Source: a virus
DNA: 64,000 bases
IMG/VR virus record: IMGVR_UViG_3300008266_000006
Location: 1 to 64,000 of that record
Reading direction: 5' to 3' (one strand)
A program made the position numbers and the translations under genes. The notes under the pieces were generated by a model, which saw nothing but the letters and a program-made list of their open reading frames with translations, was not told the origin of the DNA and did no database searches. Positions 51,738 to 62,495 of the stretch are shown here, one piece after another (position 1 is the first letter of the stretch; every line of letters starts with the position of its first letter).

Positions 51738-54700
51738 TTAAGCCTCGTCGTTTTTTAAAAGAACATGTATGTAGTGGACAGCTAGGGCAACGCCTGTTGC
51801 TATCATGGCTGTCTTTCTTGTGTCGCCGGACAATGTAATGAATACAACAACGCTACCAGCTAACGTGAATGATAGTGCAGCTGTTTCATTAACGAACTTT
51901 CTTACTAGTCCGAACCAACTTATTTTTCTCTTCCATGTACCCTCCTCCAGGTAATAATTAAATATGCTGTTTCTTGTATATTCTTCGTCGTCTTCGTCAT
52001 CCAAGCCTGCTATTTCTCCAGCTGGCTCTTCTCCCTCTTCTTCTCTCCTACTGCGTCCTTCTGGGCTAGAACTACCAGATCCTCCAGAACCGCTTCCAGA
52101 GCCTCCTGTAGAGCCTCCAGAAGGCCCCCCAGTGGCTGCAGCTGCAGCAACGCCAGCAACCGCTGTGGTGGCTGCTATAAGCGTTCTACGAGCTCCTACG
52201 TCAACCTGTGAGCCGACTGGCACGTAATCATCCAGACCCTCACCATACACGTCAATGGTCTCTTCAAAAGTTTCTTTAATTTCCTCAGGAGCATTAGTTA
52301 CGGCTTCAACGAGAGCTGCTTCTTCTGTTGCGGTTAAGTCTTCAACTGGGATGGTTTCGAACACAGCCTCTGCTTGAGTGGTGTCAATACTTTCGAGAAC
52401 TTTAGAACTGCTAGCAAGGGCGGTTGCCTGGTCTTCTGTTACACCGTTTTCAAGTACTGCATCAACAGCTTCAGCAACTTGTTCTTCAGATACAGTATCG
52501 GATTCAAGAACATTCAAAACTTCAGTAAATTGTTCGTCTGTTATATCTTCTGTGATAATAGAATCTATAACTGCAGTAAACTGTTCGTCAGATAATGGCT
52601 CATCAAACACAGCGTCAAGAACTGCAGCAAATTCTTCTACAGAAACGTCAGCTGACAACACTGTATCAAGAGCTGCCACTAATACTTCTGCATCTGCATC
52701 TGCAGTAAACACAGTATCGAGTACCTCTGTTAATTGTTCAGCAGATATATCAGAAGCAAAAATGTCTTCTAGTACTGTGGCCACTTCCTCCGAAGAAGTA
52801 ATATCTATGTCTTCAATAATATTATTTATTTCTTCGTCAGTGAAATCAGTTGTTTCATCTGGTATAGTGTCTACAGGAGGTTCAGTTGATTCTGTTTCAG
52901 GTTCTGTCGTCGTTGTATCTTCTTCTACAGTTGTTGTTTCTGTTTCTTCAGGCAGCGTCTCTTCTGTGGCTGGGGTGGTGTCTTCTGGGACTGTGGTCTC
53001 TGGCTCAGGCGATACAGGGACGACTACTACCACTGGCTCTGTGGTTGTTGTCCCTGGTTCTGGTTCCGGTGCTACTGAACTACTCGTAGGAACTGAACTG
53101 CTAGTTGGCACTGAACTGCTAGTAGTCGTAGTGCTTGAAGAAACACCAACCTGGATTGACACAGTGTTTGAATTAGCTGAATACTTACCGAATGTGTCGT
53201 TGTCAGAGCGAATATGAAAAAGCCAAGTAGTTCCGCTTGGCATCAAACTTTCGAGCAGTGAATAGCCAATTGTGTAGTTTGTATTTAAAGCATTTGTATC
53301 ACCGACATTCCCAGTTGCAACACCCCAACCGCTCTGTCCTGCCGTATTTAAACTGATGGCATATCTTTCAGGTAGATATCCACCAGTAGTTGGCGCATCC
53401 CAGTCAAGTAGGATTTCAGAGCCGGTATCAGTTACTGTTAGGTTTGATGGGGCACCAATTGTGTCTGGAAATGTATTAGAACTTTGTGTAAACACTGTTC
53501 CAGTTGTGTATGGGCGAGCAGTTCCCTCAACCTGGGTCGTTCCATTCCATTGATAGTGACGAATCCAAACACCTGAAGCATCCCAGGAGTTGCCGGTTAC
53601 TGTTGACCAACTTTGGTTCTTTTGACCATTATTGTATGTGTCGTCAAGATAAATAGCGATTGCATTTGTTGTGAATGTATTGCCACTAATGAGACGGTTG
53701 TCGGTTCCCATGTTGAAAGTCGGTGGAATCCAGCCGTTGTGATAAACACCAATTCCATTGTTTGTAAATGTGGAATTTAGAACCTGCCCACGATTTAGTC
53801 CTTGGATGTTTACTGCATAAGAGTTATTTGTAAATGTTGAGTTCTGCACTTTTGTAAAGCGCTGGGTATTGATACCAGAACCGTTATTGCTAAATACGCA
53901 ATTATTTACATATGTTTTGTTTTGGAAAGCAGAATCCGTTTGGTCTGCCCATGTTGTAACTCCAGCAGGAAGTTGTGGGGTTGAGCCGTGGTCTCCACCA
54001 ATACCAATACTTAGGTAGTCAAATGTACAGTTGGTATATGTTGCTGTTGATCCAGCAGCATTATTCCAAACAGCACTACCACCAGTCATTGCTGTGAATC
54101 TAATGTTTGTTGCAACAACCGTTCCTTGGGAGTTGTAAATAAGACCACCGTAAACATTTTGCCCTTGTTTAAGGGTCATGTCAGAGACCGTAAGGCTCTT
54201 GCCAGATGGAACGTTAAATATTCGGTACAGGTTATTTCCATCAATTATGGTTTGCGTTCTTCCGTTACCAGTAATTGTCACATTTTGAGTTATCTGTGGC
54301 AGTGCGCTAGCCAGAGTTATCGTTCCATCAACGCTAAATGTGATTGAGTCGTATATACCGCCAGCAGTAGCGTTTGCTTGAGTTATTGCCCAACGAAGAG
54401 TCCCGTTTGCGGTCGTATCTTCAAGGCTTGTTACCACTAGGGATGTTGGTGCAGGGATGTCATTAGGGACAAACGAAAGAGTTGAACCATACGCCGAACC
54501 TGAAGCATTGGTTACTTTTAGCCTGAAGTAATAAGTGGTTGAGCCAGTCAAGCCAGAAACAACAGTCGATACAGTTGAAAGCGAAGTTCCAGTAAATGTT
54601 CCAGATACCGGAATGTCAACGACAGTTCCAGAGAAGTCAGCCGTAGTGCTGTACTGGAATACTGCTGTTGAACTAAATCCATTAGGGTTTAACGTTCCAG

Positions 54701-56039
54701 AAAGTGTTACAGGGCCGTCATCAACAGTTACTGTTGGTTCCTCTGATGAAACTATTGGTGCAGTAGCAGCAAGTGTGTCAAAGTCAAATACAGCAGACTC
54801 TGTTGTTCCAGTTTCGTTAGTTGCAACAATCTTTGCGTAGTAGGTTTGGCTTGGATCAAGACCAGTAATTTCTGCACTGGCTGCTAATTCATCGGAGCCC
54901 GTGAAAGTTCCCATTGATACTGAACTAGAAGTAGTAAAGCTTGAGTCAGTTGAGTAAACAAGTTCTGCTGTAGTCGAGAACCCCTTGGGGTTCACTGTTG
55001 ATGCAACGGTTGCAGAGGTCTGTCCAATGCCGCTTACTACTGGTGCGCCTAGAACTGGAGCGTTATTTCCATCAGCTGAAAGCACATAGCTAATACGAAA
55101 AGAAGTTGATGCACCAGCACCAAGTGTTGGAACATTTAGTGCTACGTAGATTCCAGCGTCGGCGTATATTTCTCCAATATTGCCAAGGTACGCTCCGCTT
55201 GTTGCAAGAGTGTTTCCAGCATTCCAAATGTCTGCAGGGTCTGGAGAAGAGAATCCACCAGTTTGTCTGGCTACACGAGCACGAGCATCAAATGATTGTA
55301 GAGCGATGAATGCACCGTTACCCCATCTTGCTGTTGCTTGCGCTTCTGCTCCTTGACCAGTTACGGCATTGCATGATTGAAAAGTTGTTGTATTACCAGT
55401 ACTACCTGCACATGTCATTGAGCCAGAACCAGTTGCATTGTCTGGGTCAAATCCACGACCAAAGAAAACATCGCTAATCGCAGAGCTAGTTGTGTTGGTG
55501 AGAGTAACGTCGGTATGGAGTGCTTGCCCTGCTGTTGGCACACAATACCTTTGGGAAACGCTTACGCCGTTATAGGGACTTGCGCTGCTCCAAGATACAC
55601 ACTGAGAGGAGCCAGAGTTTTGGATGTCTGAAACTGCACCTGCGATACCTGTTTGGCCATTGTCATTTTTGCCTACGCTCCCAGCAACCTTCATTTGCCA
55701 GCCTTCAAACGGTGAGCCAGGGCAGAAGAAGTCTCCGTCATCTGTAGTGACGCCCCAGCCGTCCATTTCTCTGTCAACGCGAAAGCCAAGACAGTTTGAT
55801 GGGTTCTGGTTGAATCCAGAGGGAACACTCGTAGAGCCAAAAGCTCCGTTTGCTCGCACACCAACTTCAGCAAACTCGCCCTGCAGGAATGCCTGGTCCC
55901 CAGAAATCTTCGTATTTGTAGAAAATGTGGCTTGAGCAGGACCAGACGGCGGAACAAAAGATCCTATTAAAAATAGAGGAACAAAAATCCATGCTGCCTT
56001 ACGCGTAAAAGCGTAGCGTAATCTATTAAGTATATTCAA
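51738..56039 (-). CDS. large membrane-anchored surface protein (FN3-like repeats, beta-helix, acidic helical repeats)
   Basis: signal peptide; LDPSQTYY and LTGSTTYYFR FN3 ends; GTLRWAITQAN and NSTFTNN parallel beta-helix repeats; two C-terminal TMs. Confidence 0.8.
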   Translation of the reverse strand: MNILNRLRYAFTRKAAWIFVPLFLIGSFVPPSGPAQATFSTNTKISGDQAFLQGEFAEVGVRANGAFGSTSVPSGFNQNPSNCLGFRVDREMDGWGVTTDDGDFFCPGSPFEGWQMKVAGSVGKNDNGQTGIAGAVSDIQNSGSSQCVSWSSASPYNGVSVSQRYCVPTAGQALHTDVTLTNTTSSAISDVFFGRGFDPDNATGSGSMTCAGSTGNTTTFQSCNAVTGQGAEAQATARWGNGAFIALQSFDARARVARQTGGFSSPDPADIWNAGNTLATSGAYLGNIGEIYADAGIYVALNVPTLGAGASTSFRISYVLSADGNNAPVLGAPVVSGIGQTSATVASTVNPKGFSTTAELVYSTDSSFTTSSSVSMGTFTGSDELAASAEITGLDPSQTYYAKIVATNETGTTESAVFDFDTLAATAPIVSSEEPTVTVDDGPVTLSGTLNPNGFSSTAVFQYSTTADFSGTVVDIPVSGTFTGTSLSTVSTVVSGLTGSTTYYFRLKVTNASGSAYGSTLSFVPNDIPAPTSLVVTSLEDTTANGTLRWAITQANATAGGIYDSITFSVDGTITLASALPQITQNVTITGNGRTQTIIDGNNLYRIFNVPSGKSLTVSDMTLKQGQNVYGGLIYNSQGTVVATNIRFTAMTGGSAVWNNAAGSTATYTNCTFDYLSIGIGGDHGSTPQLPAGVTTWADQTDSAFQNKTYVNNCVFSNNGSGINTQRFTKVQNSTFTNNSYAVNIQGLNRGQVLNSTFTNNGIGVYHNGWIPPTFNMGTDNRLISGNTFTTNAIAIYLDDTYNNGQKNQSWSTVTGNSWDASGVWIRHYQWNGTTQVEGTARPYTTGTVFTQSSNTFPDTIGAPSNLTVTDTGSEILLDWDAPTTGGYLPERYAISLNTAGQSGWGVATGNVGDTNALNTNYTIGYSLLESLMPSGTTWLFHIRSDNDTFGKYSANSNTVSIQVGVSSSTTTTSSSVPTSSSVPTSSSVAPEPEPGTTTTEPVVVVVPVSPEPETTVPEDTTPATEETLPEETETTTVEEDTTTTEPETESTEPPVDTIPDETTDFTDEEINNIIEDIDITSSEEVATVLEDIFASDISAEQLTEVLDTVFTADADAEVLVAALDTVLSADVSVEEFAAVLDAVFDEPLSDEQFTAVIDSIITEDITDEQFTEVLNVLESDTVSEEQVAEAVDAVLENGVTEDQATALASSSKVLESIDTTQAEAVFETIPVEDLTATEEAALVEAVTNAPEEIKETFEETIDVYGEGLDDYVPVGSQVDVGARRTLIAATTAVAGVAAAAATGGPSGGSTGGSGSGSGGSGSSSPEGRSRREEEGEEPAGEIAGLDDEDDEEYTRNSIFNYYLEEGTWKRKISWFGLVRKFVNETAALSFTLAGSVVVFITLSGDTRKTAMIATGVALAVHYIHVLLKNDEA

Positions 56040-56086
56040 CCGACATCCCCTTCAGTTAGACACTCCTAATAGTAACAACTAAAATA

Positions 56087-56125
56087 AAAAAAAATCCCCA
56101 TCTCTAAATAAGCTGGGGATTTTTT
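56087..56125. terminator. bidirectional intrinsic terminator
   Basis: A-run-ATCCCCA...TGGGGAT-T-run. Confidence 0.75.
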
Positions 56126-56167
56126 ACGCTATAGAGCGTCGGTTTCCGTAGACAAAGTATACCAGAA

Positions 56168-56804
56168 CTAAATGTATTCTCCAAATTTTTTTATTTCTCT
56201 TCCTGGAACACCAACGACTGTAGCACCATCGCTTATATGCTCTATAACAACAGTGCCTGCTCCAAGTGTACAGTTGCTTCCTACATTTTTGAAGTTGATA
56301 ATAACACTTCCTGCACCTATTGATGTAGCTTCACCAACATTCACATCTCCACAAATTCTGGCCCCAGGACTAACAGTACAGAAATCTCCTATTGAACTAG
56401 ATTGGTTTATTGATGCAGCGGTGTTGATGTGTACATGCTTGCCTAAATGTACTCGTGTGGTTAAAACTGAGTAAGGGCCCATAGTTAAGCCATTCCCGTA
56501 ACTGCAGTAAGTTCCTATTAAGGCTGTTTCATGTATAAGATTCGCTGCTTGGTTGATTCTATTAATTTTTGATTCTATTTCTTTTCTTATCTTTGATGAA
56601 TTAATTGCAATAGTATATTTCAAATTAGGATATTTATCCAACAAAGAATTAATAAGAGATACACTGCCGAGTAAAGAAGAGTTTTCAACAGAAGAATTAT
56701 CATCTAGATAACCTATTATATTCCAGGCCTGATACTTATCGGATGAGCATAAATACTCTAGATCCTTAGAATGACCACCAGCTCCGAATTACAACTAAGT
56801 CCAT
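56168..56804 (-). CDS. NeuD/PglD-type sugar O-acetyltransferase with a +1 frameshift at about 56786
   Basis: MDLVVI-[C]-GAGGHSKD N-terminus plus hexapeptide repeats, VVGVPGR; span 637 = 3n+1. Confidence 0.8.
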
Positions 56805-56809
56805 AAAGG

Positions 56810-57520
56810 CTACCAAGTAAAAAGGTATGATCCAAAGTTGCTGGTGATGTCTTTGTTAGAAATCTGCTCACCGTTTTCAGTTAAAATATTATTAACTTTA
56901 TCTAGATCTTTTACTAGTTGGCTAGTTAGTGCATCCCCGTTTGTAAAAAACGGACCATGTAGAGATAATAAAAGTGGGATTTTATAGTCTTGTAAAATTT
57001 CTGCGTAATGATTAATTAAACTAAATTCGTGTCCTTCTATATCTATTTTTATCAGAGAAAAATCTCCCATTGATAAAAGGGCATCTAATCCAATTGTTTC
57101 TGCACTAATCCCAGTCGTATTTTTTTCAGAAACTCTTGTCATTGAATCGCCTAAAAAGTTATTTGACTGTAAATAAACTTCCTTAACTCCTGAAGCAGCT
57201 TTGTGTATTACGTTAATATTTTTAATGGAATTTAAAGATATATTTTTCTGCAGTATCTTATGCGCAATTGGATCTGGCTCAACGGCTACTACATTTCTTG
57301 AAAAGAAAGAACCATATATTGCAGTTGGTCCGATCCAAGATCCTATATCTAAATAATCTTTATCTTTTGATAAAAATCTATCTAAAAAATTGAAGGTGCC
57401 CGGTTCCCAGGAAGAATACTTTTCTGACCAAAAATTATAACCTATATCTTGATGTAGCTCTTTACTGTCTTCTACAGTAAATGATACGTTATTTTTACTT
57501 ACCAATAAATTATTAGTCAT
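56810..57520 (-). CDS. FkbM-family methyltransferase
   Basis: LDIGSWIG, VEPDP, IKIDIEGHE. Confidence 0.9.
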   Translation of the reverse strand: MTNNLLVSKNNVSFTVEDSKELHQDIGYNFWSEKYSSWEPGTFNFLDRFLSKDKDYLDIGSWIGPTAIYGSFFSRNVVAVEPDPIAHKILQKNISLNSIKNINVIHKAASGVKEVYLQSNNFLGDSMTRVSEKNTTGISAETIGLDALLSMGDFSLIKIDIEGHEFSLINHYAEILQDYKIPLLLSLHGPFFTNGDALTSQLVKDLDKVNNILTENGEQISNKDITSNFGSYLFTW

Positions 57521-58176
57521 TACAAAAACCAGTCTTCACTTCTTCTTCCACCAATGTGTGTAACTATTGGCTTATCATATATGTCGCCGTAAAAACCAAA
57601 TCTGTATTCTTTATTTAGAGAATGAACCTTTGAAGTAAATTCAGACTCTCCGCCATGATCTGGCCAACCAATTTTTACTGTTGACATAGGGTAAATGCAT
57701 GGGTTTAGTGTAAATAAACGACCATGTTCAAACCAACCATTTTTTTGGTGGTAATCCTCAAGATGTTGAAAAACAAATCCTCCAACCTGTTCTTCTGGTG
57801 GATTTACCGGTGCTCTAACCATAGCCATTTGTACCAAATAAGTATTTTCTAAAAGAATATTTATCATGTGATCAATATTGATTGATGTGTTAAATAAAAA
57901 ATCATCCTCTAAATGGAAAATGTATTGAGTTTCTTGAGAAACTGAATCCCACGCAGATTGGACAGCTCCAGCTAATCCTCTTCTTTGTTCATGGGAAACA
58001 ACTTTAAATTTTGGAAAACGGCTTACTAAAAAGTTATGATACCTTATATCTCCTGAATCATTTATTATAATTCTTTCAACAAAAGGATATGATACAGTTG
58101 AATCAAACTGGTCAATAGTTCTCTGAATACAATCTTGTCTACCATCTGTTATTACAACTAAAGAAACTCTATGCAT
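57520..58176 (-). CDS. GT-A glycosyltransferase
   Basis: IIINDS, FHLEDDF, HIG. Confidence 0.8.
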   Translation of the reverse strand: MHRVSLVVITDGRQDCIQRTIDQFDSTVSYPFVERIIINDSGDIRYHNFLVSRFPKFKVVSHEQRRGLAGAVQSAWDSVSQETQYIFHLEDDFLFNTSINIDHMINILLENTYLVQMAMVRAPVNPPEEQVGGFVFQHLEDYHQKNGWFEHGRLFTLNPCIYPMSTVKIGWPDHGGESEFTSKVHSLNKEYRFGFYGDIYDKPIVTHIGGRRSEDWFL

Positions 58177-59056
58177 GGGGTAACCCCACTAAAGGAGCTG
58201 GATCATTTATTAATGATCCAGTATTGCCAGTGACTAATATATTTTTATGGAAATAATCTTCCAATCCTTTAGTTCCATAAGCTTCATAAATTTTAAAGTG
58301 CTCTGCCCAAGCTGCCCCATTGTATAAGTCAGCACCTGGACCTAAAGCTCTGCACGATTCATAAGCGTTTAATATTTTTCTCATGAAATGATCAAGTGAT
58401 CTCCATTGAAAGTGTCTAATTTGGACAGTCTGTGGACCAAAGACAATTTTGTCATCACCATAATCATCTATAGCAACTTTAGCACCAGCATTGAAACCAG
58501 CACCGTTGTAATTAACTAAATGGTTCCCATTAGAAATCGAAACAAATCTATCTGATGGTCTAAATCTAAACGCACTTTTATGATTAGTCGGTAGGTTCCA
58601 TTTCCAAACCATGGAATGGAATGGGGATTCACCAATGGGATCAAATTCTGTTATAGAATGGTTTGTATATAGAGTTCTATACACATCATAATTTTGATTG
58701 TCAAGATCTATAAAAGCTTGCTTTAAAGAACTATTTGGGGAATACCAAATCTCATCTATATCAAATGGGATAATCCATTGCGCCCCATTTTTTCTAGCCA
58801 TTTCTCCTAGCGTAGTCATCTTCTGAGACTGAGTATATGCCAATACATTGTCTTCTAAAAGAATTACTTCTATATTTGGATAAGCTTTATTTATTTTTTC
58901 TTTGGCGGCTTCCATTTTATCTAAGGTATTATCTTTAGATAAATTATTTGCGACAATTAAACCATCAATTCCATTTGCTGCCAAATGGCACATAGTGTGC
59001 TCAATAATGTCACCCTCATCTTTAGCCATAGCTATGGCCCATAGGTTAATTGTCAT
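58169..59056 (-). CDS. glycosyltransferase family 2-like
   Basis: MAKDEGD, NNLSKDNT, FDIDE, HFQWRS. Confidence 0.8.
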   Translation of the reverse strand: MTINLWAIAMAKDEGDIIEHTMCHLAANGIDGLIVANNLSKDNTLDKMEAAKEKINKAYPNIEVILLEDNVLAYTQSQKMTTLGEMARKNGAQWIIPFDIDEIWYSPNSSLKQAFIDLDNQNYDVYRTLYTNHSITEFDPIGESPFHSMVWKWNLPTNHKSAFRFRPSDRFVSISNGNHLVNYNGAGFNAGAKVAIDDYGDDKIVFGPQTVQIRHFQWRSLDHFMRKILNAYESCRALGPGADLYNGAAWAEHFKIYEAYGTKGLEDYFHKNILVTGNTGSLINDPAPLVGLPHA

Positions 59057-59775
59057 ATTAATTTTGTTCCTCCGTCTGGATTTAAATTATTGGCCATATT
59101 CCATTGAACAGATTTTTCTCTATAGACTTTAGCTTGAAGAGGCTGTACATAATTAATTGGATAAAATATGAATCCATTTTTTTCAAGTCTATCAAAAAAA
59201 CCTGCGTCTGCTCCACTCCACCACCAAGGACTATCATCCCAACCACCAACTACATCGAAAGACTTTCTTGTAGTCATAACTTGATTGTGATCAAGCTTAT
59301 CCGCTCCTCTAACAAGAGGGGTACCAAAAAAACGAACACCCACACCAGGTGCACCTCCACCATCTATATTTCCATCAATATCTCTGATGTGTTGCGCACA
59401 AAAACAAACATCGTAGGAGTATTTTTCAGCCGTTTCTACAAGCTTTTCCAGCATCTCGGGGTAGTAGTAGTCGTCATCAGCTAAGTAGCAAATATACTTA
59501 CCACCTGAGTATTCTTTAACGGCCTTGTTTATTTGTGTAGCATAGCGCGCTGTCTTTAAGCGGTCTTCATCTTTAACAAAAGAATTAAAAAACTTTACAT
59601 TTTTAATGTCCTGATACTTCGCAATAACTTCAAATACTTTAACATTATCTGAGTTGTCATCTGCAATAATTAATTCATAATTATCATATGTTTGAGATAA
59701 AACAGATTTAATTGCCTTTTCTAAAAAGGCAGGCTTATTATAACTTGTTAGAATAACAGAAACTTTTGGGTTCAT
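59053..59775 (-). CDS. glycosyltransferase family 2
   Basis: VSVILTSYN, IADDNS, YLADDD. Confidence 0.9.
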   Translation of the reverse strand: MNPKVSVILTSYNKPAFLEKAIKSVLSQTYDNYELIIADDNSDNVKVFEVIAKYQDIKNVKFFNSFVKDEDRLKTARYATQINKAVKEYSGGKYICYLADDDYYYPEMLEKLVETAEKYSYDVCFCAQHIRDIDGNIDGGGAPGVGVRFFGTPLVRGADKLDHNQVMTTRKSFDVVGGWDDSPWWWSGADAGFFDRLEKNGFIFYPINYVQPLQAKVYREKSVQWNMANNLNPDGGTKLI

Positions 59776-60563
59776 TGGTTAACCATATCTTTTAGTTCTA
59801 CATTAATAATATTATTATACATCAAAAAATCTTTTGGTGGCAAAGTTTTACGCACTAGTAATCTTTGCAGCCACCTATCTGTTCCATCATATCTTGCCTT
59901 AAATGGTTTTCTACCATGAACAGCCTTATGATTATTGATTAGTAAAAGATCTCCAGTTTTTAAAATTACTTCTTTTGTTGCAAAAGAAATTGCTTTTCTC
60001 AAAAAAGATAAAGCTTCAGCCGCATCTTCATTTGTGGGTCTTATGACAGTTTCGTCATATATAAAAGATAAACCATCTATTTCGTCTTCCTTAATAATTG
60101 AAACAGGTATTTCAATATCTTCTTCGCCATTAGTTCTAAAACTAATGTCAACTCCAGTTACAAACCAATTTTGTTTTAGTACATCTATATATTTTTGCGG
60201 GATGTGCGTTAGGATATCATCAATTTTTGCGTAGGTTGTGGCTGCATTTGGGTCACCCCTTAAGCATAAAAGAAGTATATAGTCAGGCTTATAAGGATGG
60301 AAAGCTGTTTCCGTATGAAGGCCAAGTGTTACTTTGGATGAAGTGGATATTTGCTCAAGTTCTGTTTTATAAACAGGAAGAATATTTTGTATTAAAGATC
60401 CATTTTGTTCTTGGATATAACCAACAGGAGTTCCATAGTCTTGTCCATGCTCAACCAAAAGCTCCGCTATATGTGGTAGATAAGCAGATGGATCATTTGG
60501 ACTAGATGGAGTTGGTGGAACATCTCCTAAAAAAATATTCTTTCTAATATAGACCGAACTCAT
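59772..60563 (-). CDS. clavaminate synthase / AsnO-like 2OG-Fe(II) oxygenase
   Basis: LHTETAFH, LLCLR, HGR...DRWLQR. Confidence 0.85.
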   Translation of the reverse strand: MSSVYIRKNIFLGDVPPTPSSPNDPSAYLPHIAELLVEHGQDYGTPVGYIQEQNGSLIQNILPVYKTELEQISTSSKVTLGLHTETAFHPYKPDYILLLCLRGDPNAATTYAKIDDILTHIPQKYIDVLKQNWFVTGVDISFRTNGEEDIEIPVSIIKEDEIDGLSFIYDETVIRPTNEDAAEALSFLRKAISFATKEVILKTGDLLLINNHKAVHGRKPFKARYDGTDRWLQRLLVRKTLPPKDFLMYNNIINVELKDMVNQ

Positions 60564-60781
60564 GACATTAAAACCTTAAGAATCAGGAAGTGAAGTTTTT
60601 GTAAATCGTTTGGAAGCACACTGAAAACATATTCTTTTTCAAGAGTTTTTATCGTCAAACAATATACATCAACAAGTTGACCATCGGAAGTAATTGATGC
60701 GGTTTTTCCTGATATAACTACATCAGTAATCATTGGCATAAAGCCATCAAATGGACCACCCGTTTGCATTAGATAATTATA

Positions 60782-61573
60782 TCACATCACTTCATTGTAA
60801 AATGGTTTTGATTTTCCGATCTCTATTTTATTAAAAATTCTGCTACCCAAACTAAAACCGCCCATCAAACAGTGGGCTGTACAACGGTTATCCCATATAA
60901 CCAAATCGTCCTTTTTCCAGTCTAACATAAAAATATTATTGTGATCTTCAAATAGTTTAAATAAAACTTCGTTATACTTAGACCATTTATCTTGGTCTTT
61001 TCCAAGAGTAGTGAGACCAGGGTAAAAAATAGAAGTTTTACCAGTTTGTGGATGAGTTCTTAACGCAGGGTGGTAAATGTTTTCTGATTCTTCTCTGTAG
61101 AGAGGATCATTTATATCATCTGCGTTCCATTGTTTTTTAACTTTTACACTTTTTACAAAAGAAAGAGTTTCTTCATCTAGCAATGTGTAAATTTTTTCTA
61201 AATCAACCCATCTAGTTTGACCGCCAGTGACATCATCTAAATGATACATATGGATACAGTCAATATCTACTGGCTCTTGTAGCCAACTATCATCGGTATG
61301 CCATCTAGCAAAATGATCACCTTCACCTGGCATTGGTTGTGCGTTTCTTGAAAAGAGATCAAACAACGGAGCATGGTCTACGTCTTTAAGAATTCGCAAG
61401 TGATTACTTGATGGGTATAAATGTTCCATCAATTTAATTTGATCTTCTAAGGATGTTTTTATATTTCTAAAAACTAAAACCTTGTGTTCTAGAAGATGTT
61501 GGCGAACTCTATCAGGATTATCCCAGATATCTTGGTATGACGTATTTGTATAGTAAGTGCCAAAATCGCTCAT
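60782..61573 (-). CDS. TauD-family dioxygenase
   Basis: WHTD, GGQT, HPALRTHP, WDNRCTAH. Confidence 0.88.
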   Translation of the reverse strand: MSDFGTYYTNTSYQDIWDNPDRVRQHLLEHKVLVFRNIKTSLEDQIKLMEHLYPSSNHLRILKDVDHAPLFDLFSRNAQPMPGEGDHFARWHTDDSWLQEPVDIDCIHMYHLDDVTGGQTRWVDLEKIYTLLDEETLSFVKSVKVKKQWNADDINDPLYREESENIYHPALRTHPQTGKTSIFYPGLTTLGKDQDKWSKYNEVLFKLFEDHNNIFMLDWKKDDLVIWDNRCTAHCLMGGFSLGSRIFNKIEIGKSKPFYNEVM

Positions 61574-61588
61574 GTAAAAAGTATACCA

Positions 61589-61873
61589 CTATTTCTTTTT
61601 TGATCCTTTTTTAAAGGTAGAAATATTTTTTGGAGCTTGTCCTTTTACGCCCTTTTTTGCTGCACCCTGTGCTCTTTTTCTTTGCACTGCGCTTTTTCTT
61701 TGTGATGATGACATTGAGTTAGCTTTTGCAACTGGCACACATTTAGCGTATCCTGAACCACCTGCTCCAGATGTTCCACACGGCTGCCATTTTCCCTTTT
61801 TTTTAGGCGCACCAATGTTGACCCACTTTTGATCAAACCACTTGGTTAAGCCAACACCTTTTGGACCAGGCAT
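61589..61873 (-). CDS. small basic conserved phage protein
   Basis: GLTKWFDQKWVNI...CG...KCVP. Confidence 0.7.
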   Translation of the reverse strand: MPGPKGVGLTKWFDQKWVNIGAPKKKGKWQPCGTSGAGGSGYAKCVPVAKANSMSSSQRKSAVQRKRAQGAAKKGVKGQAPKNISTFKKGSKKK

Positions 61874-61882
61874 AGAGTTTTA

Positions 61883-62062
61883 TTACTTTTTTCTTTTAGC
61901 TTTTTTTGTGGAAACTGTTTTCCAAGTTCCACCCATAGCTTTATATTTTTTTGCAGCCCATGCATTTGCATAAGCGGATGGATAAACATCAAACTTTGCT
62001 TTAGCTTGTGACTTAGCCGAAGACCACAGAGCTGGTTTTGTGGGTTTGTTTACTTTAGCCAT
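61883..62062 (-). CDS. small basic conserved phage protein
   Basis: AKAKFDVYPSAYANAW...YKAMGG. Confidence 0.7.
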   Translation of the reverse strand: MAKVNKPTKPALWSSAKSQAKAKFDVYPSAYANAWAAKKYKAMGGTWKTVSTKKAKRKK

Positions 62063-62064
62063 AA

Positions 62065-62286
62065 TTAAACCAACTTTATAATTAAGTAAATTTCCACAGC
62101 GTGGAGACCAAGATACAAAGCATTCATCAACCAAGCACGAACGGCATATTTGTTTATATGGTAGTGGGCATCGTGTGGATTTGGGCCCTCTGGACCGTTG
62201 TGGTGATGTGACTCACAACAGTGTTCACGGTTATCGTGGCATGGTTCGCCGTTTGGCTTATGATGTTCGTGATTATTGCAATGCAT
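62065..62286 (-). CDS. His/Cys-rich small membrane protein
   Basis: His/Cys-rich N-half, C-terminal TM. Confidence 0.55.
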   Translation of the reverse strand: MHCNNHEHHKPNGEPCHDNREHCCESHHHNGPEGPNPHDAHYHINKYAVRAWLMNALYLGLHAVEIYLIIKLV

Positions 62287-62495
62287 TATTTGCTCTTCCT
62301 CTTTTTGCTAATTTTTCTAAGCGTTTTTGCAAGGTTAGCTTGGCGGACTGTTGTTGCACTATACTTGCTAGGATTCTTTGTAACTGCAGCAGCCATTGCT
62401 GCTACTGATTTGTTAGCCTTTTTTGCCTTAGCAGTAAAAGCCCCAGGTCTTTTAATTGCTTTTTGAATCCATTTCTTATCTTTTTTTGCTGCCAT
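62286..62495 (-). CDS. small basic protein
   Basis: KWIQKAIKRPGA...ANLAKTL. Confidence 0.7.
   Translation of the reverse strand: MAAKKDKKWIQKAIKRPGAFTAKAKKANKSVAAMAAAVTKNPSKYSATTVRQANLAKTLRKISKKRKSK

Noticed and set aside
52378-53217. 279-aa plus-strand Ser/Val-rich ORF
   Set aside because: Antisense shadow of the acidic repeat region of the 1433-aa gene
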